Of a DNA stretch of 64,000 nt, positions 57,055-64,000 are shown one piece after another (the first letter of the stretch is position 1; the number at the start of each line of letters is the position of its first letter). The position numbers and the translations under genes were made by a program. The notes beneath the pieces were generated by a model. It was not told where the DNA came from, made no database searches, and saw only the letters and a list, made by a program, of their open reading frames with translations. The stretch lies in the NCBI GenBank assembly GCA_963656065.1, contig CAVKGV010000009.1, forward strand, positions 27,498-91,497, in the 5' to 3' direction. Source of the stretch: Alistipes onderdonkii (GTDB taxonomy: Bacteria; Fibrobacterota; Fibrobacteria; Fibrobacterales; Fibrobacteraceae).

Positions 57055-58353
57055 TCAGGGTTTTAGCCGGTGGGGAAGTCGTGGAAATGCGCCCGTCTCC
57101 CGGACGTGGGGAAGGTTGCAGATCCAGGCGACGGTCCGTTCTAGGCCTAGCCCGAATCCTGCGTGGGGGACGGATCCATAGCGACGAACGTCTAGGTACC
57201 AGGAATATGTTTCGGGCGAAAGTCCCTGCTTTTTGATTGACTCTTCGAGCGTCGCAAGGTCTTCTTCGCGCTGGCCGCCTCCGATGATTTCGCCGAAGCC
57301 TTCCGGGGCGAGAATGTCCATGTTGCGGACGACTTCTGGATTTTCCGCGTTGCGCTTCATGTAGAAAGGCTTGATTTCCGCGGGATAGTCATAGACGACG
57401 ACGGGCCTTTCGAAATGCTTTCCGACGATGGTTTCGTCCGCTCCGCCGAAATCGTCTCCCCATTTGAACGAGGCTCCCGAATTCTGGATGATTTTTACAG
57501 CGTCTGTGTAGCTGATGCGGGCGAACGGTTCGTTCGCGGTAATTTCCAGCGCCTTGGTGTCGCGCTCGAGAATTTTCAGTTCCTGCGCGTTTTCAGCGAG
57601 AACTTTTTTGACGATTGCCTGTACAAGGCCTTCGGCGAGTTCGATATCCCCGTCGAGGTCCATGTAGGCGACTTCGGGTTCGACCATCCAGAATTCCGTC
57701 AGATGGCGTCTCGTGTTTGAATTTTCTGCGCGGAATGTCGGACCGAAACAGTAGGCTCTGCCGAAAGCCGCACAGGCCGCTTCCATGTAGAGCTGGCCGC
57801 TTTGCGAAAGATAGGCCGTGCTGTTGAAATAAGGCGTGCTGAATAGCGTGCTCGAACCTTCGCACTCGTTGGGTGTAAAGATCGGTGCATCGACGAGCGT
57901 GAAATCCCGGGAGTCAAAGTATTCGCGGATAGCCTGGACGATGTGATGCCGGATGGTGAGGATGGCGTGTTCGCGCGGACTGCGGATCCACAGGTGGCGC
58001 AGGTCCATCAAAAAGTCCGTTCCGTGCTCCTTGGGGGAAATCGGGTAGTTTTCTGTCTTGGACACAAGCTCTACGTGGGAGGCGATGATTTCTACGCCCG
58101 ACGGGGACTTGGGCTGCGAAACGACCTTTCCACGGATTCGGAGCGAGCTTTCCTGCGAAAGGCGCTTGATCAGATTGAATTCCTCTTCGGGAACGTCATG
58201 GACACTGGCGACGACCTGGATGAATCCCGTGCCGTCCCGGAACTGGATAAAGCAGACCTTTCCGGAGCTTCGGACGCGTGTAACCCAGCCCGAAAGTTCG
58301 ACTTCCTTGCCGATGAAATCGCCCAGATGGCGAATGTAAATCTTTTGGAGCAT
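57055..58353 (-). CDS. asnS: Asparagine--tRNA ligase
   Basis: OB fold GWV..RSSGK, LSQSGQLY, GPTFRAE, RHLTEFWMVEPE, GEIIGGGQRE, GFGLGLER. Confidence 0.95.
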   Translation of the reverse strand: MLQKIYIRHLGDFIGKEVELSGWVTRVRSSGKVCFIQFRDGTGFIQVVASVHDVPEEEFNLIKRLSQESSLRIRGKVVSQPKSPSGVEIIASHVELVSKTENYPISPKEHGTDFLMDLRHLWIRSPREHAILTIRHHIVQAIREYFDSRDFTLVDAPIFTPNECEGSSTLFSTPYFNSTAYLSQSGQLYMEAACAAFGRAYCFGPTFRAENSNTRRHLTEFWMVEPEVAYMDLDGDIELAEGLVQAIVKKVLAENAQELKILERDTKALEITANEPFARISYTDAVKIIQNSGASFKWGDDFGGADETIVGKHFERPVVVYDYPAEIKPFYMKRNAENPEVVRNMDILAPEGFGEIIGGGQREEDLATLEESIKKQGLSPETYSWYLDVRRYGSVPHAGFGLGLERTVAWICNLPHVRETGAFPRLPHRLKP

Positions 58354-58457
58354 GCATCTAAAATAGCAAAAGGAATGGGCGCTTGACGTCGAAAGCTTTT
58401 TGAAAATTTTGACAGGCTGACACAAAAAAAAGCCCCACATAAGAGGAGCTTTTTAAG

Positions 58458-58530
<73 letters not shown>

Positions 58531-58651
58531 GAGGACGACCCAATTATAGATAAAAGAAAATGCTTTGTCAAGGGAAATGTGAAAAGAAAAATGATTTTTT
58601 TTTGAAATCGGAGTATATTGGGGTCGAAAAAACGAAAAGCAAGGAGTTCTT

Positions 58652-59305
58652 ATGGATGCAAAGGAATATCTCAAGGTTTATCTGGTGACGGACCGCAGGC
58701 TTTCGCTCGGCCGTCCGATAGAGGATGTCGTGGAAGAGTCGCTTCGCGGCGGCGTGGGCATTGTCCAGCTTCGCGAAAAGGACTGCTCTTCGCTTGAATT
58801 CTACGAGCTCGCGTTGAAGTTAAAAAAGACGTTGTCGGGAACAGGCGTTCCGCTTATCATCAACGACAGGCTTGACATCGCGCTCGCGGTCGATGCGGAC
58901 GGTCTTCACATCGGACAGAGCGACTTGCCGTATCCGGTGGCGAGACGCTTGCTCGGAAAGGACAAGATTATCGGGCTTTCGACGGATAATTACGAGCAAC
59001 TTGTCGCTGCGAACGATTACGACGTGGACTATGTCGCGTTCCAGGCTTTTGCGACGACGACAAAGCTCGATGCGGCGGAGGGTTTGGGACCGGAGGGCCT
59101 TCGGAAGGCTGCCGCCCTTTCGCGGCATCCGCTGGTCGCTATCGGCGGAATCCATCAGTCGAATGCCGAAGATGTTGCCGCTTCCGGTGTTGATGGGCTT
59201 GCCGTGGTCTCGGAAATCATGTCGGCGAAAGATCCGAAGCTCGCCACGGAAAATCTGCGGCGGGCCTTTGAAACGGGACAGGCGAAGTTTAAAAAGGAAG
59301 GTTGA
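58652..59305 (+). CDS. thiE: Thiamine-phosphate synthase
   Basis: YLVTD, VQLREK, IINDRLD, GLHIGQSD, AIGGI, AVVSEI. Confidence 0.95.
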   Translation: MDAKEYLKVYLVTDRRLSLGRPIEDVVEESLRGGVGIVQLREKDCSSLEFYELALKLKKTLSGTGVPLIINDRLDIALAVDADGLHIGQSDLPYPVARRLLGKDKIIGLSTDNYEQLVAANDYDVDYVAFQAFATTTKLDAAEGLGPEGLRKAAALSRHPLVAIGGIHQSNAEDVAASGVDGLAVVSEIMSAKDPKLATENLRRAFETGQAKFKKEG

Positions 59306-59327
59306 AAGCTCTAGCCTTCAACCTTTT
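59298..59327. terminator. Hairpin between convergent thiE and AIR-synthase-like genes
   Basis: AAGGTTGAA-N10-TTCAACCTT followed by T. Confidence 0.65.
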
Positions 59328-59353
59328 GGAACGTTTGAATCCGCAGCGGAAAA

Positions 59354-60931
59354 TTAAAGTGTGCTGTTGATTTTCAGGACTTTCCGTTCAAAGTCTTCTA
59401 GGGATTTCCCGACGACGAGAACCAGCTTTTCGAGGTTGATCCGGTCGGGAATCGTGATGATATCCGGCAAGGCGGAAGCTTTGGCGATGACGTTTTCAAG
59501 ATCTTTGTCGTAATCATTTCCTCGTTGCCAGTAGTCTTTGGGCGTGGGCATTTCGGCGATTCGGAATTTCGCCTTTTTGCAGGCGGAAAGAATTTTTGGA
59601 TTGTTCCTGAAATCGGCGACGCATTTCGCTTCGGGGAATTTCTTCCGGATGGAGAGAAGCGTGTCCGCCATATAGACGCTGATTCCCATTTTGGGTTCGC
59701 GGACGGAACATGTTTCGTTTTCGACGCGGAAAATTCGTCCGGGAACGGCGCACACATCTTCCCTGGACGTTCCCGATTCCGTGTAGCCGATATTCATCCC
59801 GATTTCCGGGAGCATCTTGTAGATGTTTGCCGCTTTCAGGCGGTCAACGCAAGCCTTGAGGTCGCGGCAGAGCCTGTCGCTTTCGGAAAGCGAACCGTTG
59901 ACATTTCCCTGGGCGAGAATGTTTGCCGCGTTGAAGAACACGTCCCAGAAAAAGTCCTTGGCCGGCGGCAGGAAGTTCTCTGTCTTCCCGTTGTGGAGCA
60001 TTTTCCGTCCGAGATTCTTTTCGGTAAATTTTCCGATGACCGCACTCTTGATTCCCTCGGCGGCTAGCGCTTTTTGGAGCGGTTCCGTATCTTTCGGGGA
60101 AACGGCGATGACGAGCGTCCCTTCGCTGATGATTTCCCACGGATCGAGCCCGAAAATCCGGCAGATGTTTTCAATGTCCTTGGGAACTTTGTACGAATCC
60201 GTATCGAGCAGGACGCCCTTTCCGGAAGCTTCTGCGACTTCCCAGACGCCGCGCTTGGTTCCTCCCTCGGTCGCATCGTGCATCGCATGGACGCCTTTGA
60301 AACGCGCGGCGATTTCCGCATCCTTGACGACGGAAATTTCTTTCATCCTTCTTGCCGCGCGCCGGATGTCCCCACTGTCGAGTTTTCCCTTGAGCGCTTC
60401 GCCCAATTCAAAACCCAGAAGGGCTGCCGCCTCGATGGCGATTCCCTTGGTAATCACCAGGTTGTCGCCTGCCTTGGCGCCTTTCGGCGAAACGTAGCTT
60501 TTGCCATATCCCCAGACAGAAATTCCTCCGATGGTCGGGCAGGTGACGGCTCCGTAGTAGCCCGTATGACCTCCGACAATGGCGATGCCTTGGCGCTTCG
60601 CCTCTGCGCTGATTTCGCTGATGAGCTTTGCGATGTAATCCTGTTTTGTGTCCGGCGGGAGCAGGAGCGAGTAAGTCATGAATTCCGGTTTTATGCCCAT
60701 GACGGCGACGTCGCTTGCTCCGATGTGGACCGTGACGTAGGCAAAATCTTTCGGGGTCATGCGGACGGACGGGAAAATAGGGTCTTCGGCAATGGCCATG
60801 AATCCGTCTCGAACCTTTAGGATGGCGGAATCTACGCCCATCGACGGACCGATTACGACTTTGGCGTTTGCGCATCCGGTCTTTGCAAGAATCGCCTTGG
60901 TGAAAAAGTCGTCGTTTACCTTTCCTATCAT
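59354..60931 (-). CDS. AIR synthase (PurM/HypE/ThiL-like) family protein fused to a ThiN-like thiamine-phosphate-synthase domain
   Basis: GPSMGVD, EDP, ASDVAVMG, IVGGHT, MHDATEGG, SEGTL; C-terminal LPEIGMNIGY..DVCAVPGRI. Confidence 0.75.
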   Translation of the reverse strand: MIGKVNDDFFTKAILAKTGCANAKVVIGPSMGVDSAILKVRDGFMAIAEDPIFPSVRMTPKDFAYVTVHIGASDVAVMGIKPEFMTYSLLLPPDTKQDYIAKLISEISAEAKRQGIAIVGGHTGYYGAVTCPTIGGISVWGYGKSYVSPKGAKAGDNLVITKGIAIEAAALLGFELGEALKGKLDSGDIRRAARRMKEISVVKDAEIAARFKGVHAMHDATEGGTKRGVWEVAEASGKGVLLDTDSYKVPKDIENICRIFGLDPWEIISEGTLVIAVSPKDTEPLQKALAAEGIKSAVIGKFTEKNLGRKMLHNGKTENFLPPAKDFFWDVFFNAANILAQGNVNGSLSESDRLCRDLKACVDRLKAANIYKMLPEIGMNIGYTESGTSREDVCAVPGRIFRVENETCSVREPKMGISVYMADTLLSIRKKFPEAKCVADFRNNPKILSACKKAKFRIAEMPTPKDYWQRGNDYDKDLENVIAKASALPDIITIPDRINLEKLVLVVGKSLEDFERKVLKINSTL

Positions 60932-60940
60932 CGTTATCTC

Positions 60941-62047
60941 CTATTTGTTCTTAACGTTCGCCTGGGAAATTTCCGCATCTTCGAAATGCAGCGCATAGAC
61001 GAATGTCTCATTGCTTTTTCCCTTGAGCTCGAAAGGTCCTTTGGGAAGCGGGCTGTATTTTCCGATATTCGGAAGCTCCTGCAGAAGCTCTTTTGAAATC
61101 AGGAATTCTTCGCCTAGACGGCTGCAGAGATCCTGCAAGCGGGACGTTGTGTTGATGGCGTCGCCATGGTAGGCGATTTCGCTGCGGAAGTTTCCCACTT
61201 CGGTCATGATGACTTTTCCCCAATGCGCTGCGGCCTTGAATTCCGGGTAATGTCCGAATTCAGAAAGGAACCTTTTGCGTGTGCGGAAAAAGCATCGCTT
61301 GAGGTCTTCGAAGCACAGGATGGGCTTTGCCGTCTTGCGGGAGGCGGAAAGCGGCCATGTGAGAAAGACGCCATCCCCGGCTATCTGGTAGATATCCCCG
61401 TCGTTTTCCTCGCAGCAGTTAGAGAGCAACCGGTAATATTCTTTCATGAAACGGCTGTATTGGACGTGTCCCATCTCTTCGGCGAGCCGTGTGGAGTTTC
61501 GCAAATCGACGAACATGAAAATCAGTCCGACTTCCTTTGGATCCTGGGTCTTGCCGAGAAGCGTGTTGATGAAAACGTTTGCCCCGAACTTCTTGTTTAC
61601 GGAACGGATGAACGTGATGAAGAAACCCGAAAAGATTCCGTAGATGGCGAACGCTTGGACTGCCGGTGTGTCAAATGCCTGTTGCAAAAGTTCTAGCCCG
61701 CGTTCGTCGATAAACGCTCCGTCCTCGTACCAATTGAAAACCAGGACGCAAATCGCGATATTGATGAAAACCGTCGCCGTAAAATATCCGAGCCGGATGA
61801 GCATCGCGGCGGGAATCGGGCGCGGATCGCGGTCGTCGCGGAGGATTATCACGTCGTAGATACCGTGGGAAAGCCCGGTCAGGATGGCGAACTGGATAGC
61901 GGTCAGGTAGAGAATCGGATCGGAAGCTTTGGGGGAACCGTAGAAGTGGAAAAAGAAAAACAGAAGGCTGAAGAAAATCCAGCTTGCCATGTAGAATGCG
62001 ATGGACTTGATCTTTCTTTTCTGGAGTCTGGAGCTAAAGAGCGACAT
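60941..62047 (-). CDS. Membrane-bound class III adenylate/guanylate cyclase
   Basis: 4 TM; FVDLRNST, AGDG, AYHGDAINTTSRLQ, LKGK. Confidence 0.9.
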   Translation of the reverse strand: MSLFSSRLQKRKIKSIAFYMASWIFFSLLFFFFHFYGSPKASDPILYLTAIQFAILTGLSHGIYDVIILRDDRDPRPIPAAMLIRLGYFTATVFINIAICVLVFNWYEDGAFIDERGLELLQQAFDTPAVQAFAIYGIFSGFFITFIRSVNKKFGANVFINTLLGKTQDPKEVGLIFMFVDLRNSTRLAEEMGHVQYSRFMKEYYRLLSNCCEENDGDIYQIAGDGVFLTWPLSASRKTAKPILCFEDLKRCFFRTRKRFLSEFGHYPEFKAAAHWGKVIMTEVGNFRSEIAYHGDAINTTSRLQDLCSRLGEEFLISKELLQELPNIGKYSPLPKGPFELKGKSNETFVYALHFEDAEISQANVKNK

Positions 62048-62053
62048 CGGGCG

Positions 62054-62227
62054 TCAATGTAAAAAAAGGGGGAGACTCCAGAGCATCAGCGCAAGGAAAA
62101 TATCCTTGTATGAAGGACCGAAGAGAAGAACGGACGCTAGGATAAGGACTGTTCCCGCAAGGACGAAAAACAGGACGGATGGCATCCTTTTCTTGAAAAG
62201 CGACTTGATGTGAAACCGTTTTCCCAC
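62054..62227 (-). CDS. Small membrane protein (about 57 aa)
   Basis: Basic N-terminus and two hydrophobic segments; GTG 62227 lies 7 nt after TATATT. Confidence 0.5.
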   Translation of the reverse strand: MGKRFHIKSLFKKRMPSVLFFVLAGTVLILASVLLFGPSYKDIFLALMLWSLPLFLH

Positions 62228-62254
62228 GCACATAAATATATATATTCGGCTTCG

Positions 62255-63397
62255 ATGAAAGGACTTTATATTCACGTTCCGTTTTGCAAGAAAATTTGCG
62301 GTTATTGTGACTTTGCGACGCTTCCCGGTGCAAAACGGCTCTTTTCCGAATATGTGGACTTGCTTCTTCGCGAAGCGGAACTGCGGCTTTCGAAATGGAA
62401 ATTCGGTGTATCGGAATTTTCGACGTCCTATTTTGGCGGCGGGACCCCGAGCGAACTTCCGGCATCGGAACTTGCGAAGCTTTTCCGCGGACTCGAATCC
62501 CTGGGCGTGGATTTTTCGAAACTTTTGGAAGTGAACATTGAATGCAACCCGGATTCGGCGAGCCCGGAATTTCTCGAGCAGGCTTATTCGCTTGGCGTAA
62601 ACCGTTTCAGCCTGGGACTTCAGACATTTGACGATTCCCTGTTGCGGGCAATCGGTCGCCGCGGGACTTCAAGTGAAAACCGCGATGCTCTCGCAAGGCT
62701 TGTCGCGTTTACGCGGAAAACGGGGACGCGGGCTTCGGCGGATCTCATGTTCTGGCTTCCGGGACAGAGCCTTGAACGTTTCCGGGAGGACGTCTCGGAG
62801 CTTGCGCTCTCTGGAATCGGGCACGTGAGCTTTTACGGACTTGCGCTCGGGTCGAACACGGTTCTCGAAAACCGGATGCGGAAAGGGCTTTTTTCCCTAG
62901 ACGAAAGCCTTTACCCGGAAATGTATGAAGCGGGTGTTCGTGTGTTGCGGGAAAATGGGATTGAACGCTATGAGGTGTCGAATTTTGCAAGATCGGGCGA
63001 AGAAGGTCTGCACAACCGGAATTACTGGCGACGCGGCGAGTATCTCGGGCTTGGCCCGGGCGCCCACAGCTTTGACGGAAGCGTCCGGTCGGCGGATCCT
63101 TTCCGCTATGCTGCCTGGAAACGCTGGGTCGAAAACGGTTGCCCGGAAGACGCTCTCGAAAAGGATTCGATAGGAAAGAAAGAACGCGTCGAAGAGCGCA
63201 TCTGGCTTTCCCTGCGGACCCGGGAAGGCTTGGACCTGCATTCGCTGGATTTGGAGGAAACGGTGAAAATTCCCGGGGAAAAAATAGAACGCTGGGTGAA
63301 GCGGGGCTATCTCGAACGGGACGGTTCGGTCGTGCGGCTTTTTGTCCGCGGATGGCTGATGATGGATGCTGTCGTAGAGGATTTGATGCCGGATTAG
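62255..63397 (+). CDS. hemW: Radical SAM heme chaperone HemW (HemN-like)
   Basis: LYIHVPFCKKICGYCDF, GGGTPS, YEVSNFA, HNRNYW. Confidence 0.92.
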   Translation: MKGLYIHVPFCKKICGYCDFATLPGAKRLFSEYVDLLLREAELRLSKWKFGVSEFSTSYFGGGTPSELPASELAKLFRGLESLGVDFSKLLEVNIECNPDSASPEFLEQAYSLGVNRFSLGLQTFDDSLLRAIGRRGTSSENRDALARLVAFTRKTGTRASADLMFWLPGQSLERFREDVSELALSGIGHVSFYGLALGSNTVLENRMRKGLFSLDESLYPEMYEAGVRVLRENGIERYEVSNFARSGEEGLHNRNYWRRGEYLGLGPGAHSFDGSVRSADPFRYAAWKRWVENGCPEDALEKDSIGKKERVEERIWLSLRTREGLDLHSLDLEETVKIPGEKIERWVKRGYLERDGSVVRLFVRGWLMMDAVVEDLMPD

Positions 63398-63520
63398 TTA
63401 TTCCAATTTGCTCTATTGCAAAATCCTTACATTGCCGAAATCCGAGCGTTTTTGTCATTATTAAGTTAATTTTTCAAACAGGAATGTCATCGTTGCATCC
63501 TTTTTCTGTGAGACGCTGGT

Positions 63521-64000
63521 ATGTTCTATCGGATGCTTAAATTGCTGCCTGCCCAGGTTCTCGGTGTCGCGCTTCTGGCTGCGATGGCTTTTGGGGATAC
63601 GTGCCCCGAAGCGGGAAAGTGCAGCTACTATTCAATTTATACGAAAGTTTACGCCTATCTGTGGACTGTTCCCGAATCCGAAAATCCCAACGATACTTCG
63701 AAGGCCATCCGCTCGGCGGATTTTCTGGTCTATGCGGCGAACGATTCCCTGACCCTGAATCCGTGCGAAAAGGATTACGCTAAGGGAAGTTTTACCTGTT
63801 CTTCTGCGGAACTTTCGCATCCGACGGCAAAGGTCACTTCGGATGCCGTCCGGGGTTTTTTCTACGCCAAGGTCTCCTCGCAATTTCCGGTCAAGAACCT
63901 TCCGCTCGGGATGCAGGTGAGCGAGAGCGCAACGCCGCGCATTTTCCGCTATTATACTTTCTATGTCCCGCGCCTGGAATATTCCTATGTGAATGCTCAA
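63521..64000 (+). CDS. Exported hypothetical protein (runs off the window end; start 63521 or 63533)
   Basis: Open frame MFYRMLKLLPAQVLGVALLAAMAFGDTCPEAG... with a signal peptide and no stop before 64000. Confidence 0.65.
   Translation, partial: MFYRMLKLLPAQVLGVALLAAMAFGDTCPEAGKCSYYSIYTKVYAYLWTVPESENPNDTSKAIRSADFLVYAANDSLTLNPCEKDYAKGSFTCSSAELSHPTAKVTSDAVRGFFYAKVSSQFPVKNLPLGMQVSESATPRIFRYYTFYVPRLEYSYVNAQ

Noticed and set aside
58531..58651. TPP riboswitch upstream of thiE
   Set aside because: Short AT-rich divergent promoter region without the CUGAGA or other TPP core motifs

Overview
64-kb chromosomal window that looks like Fibrobacterota (Fibrobacter/Hallerella-like). This is inferred from Ser-rich linkers, glycoside hydrolases with basic T9SS-like C-termini and giant pilin-fused proteins. 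It carries housekeeping genes (dnaA, trpS, lpxC/fabZ, ychF, ruvC, pssA, dapL, asnS, thiE, hemW, tRNA-Thr, tRNA-Gly), a four-gene minor-pilin operon ending in a 2319-aa PilX-adhesin fusion, an Rpn-family nuclease, three secreted mannanases, a two-component system with an orphan sugar-binding protein, and three intergenic REP/BIME-like mosaics. Highlights: (i) an in-frame G10 tract in the giant adhesin, where a slip in either direction would cleanly drop the last 369 aa; (ii) a UvrD helicase fused to a PlsC acyltransferase directly upstream of a divergent dnaA; (iii) two different primase-helicase fusions with eroded catalytic motifs inside host operons, plus a pseudo-m5U methyltransferase; (iv) REP units with variable, self-complementary stems capped by a GAA triloop; (v) a recurrent TAnwTT-N7-start layout suggesting leaderless genes; (vi) a candidate intragenic Rpn antitoxin start, an unannotated 54-aa membrane ORF and a possibly circularly permuted CBM. 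All calls come from reading motifs by eye; no searches were run.
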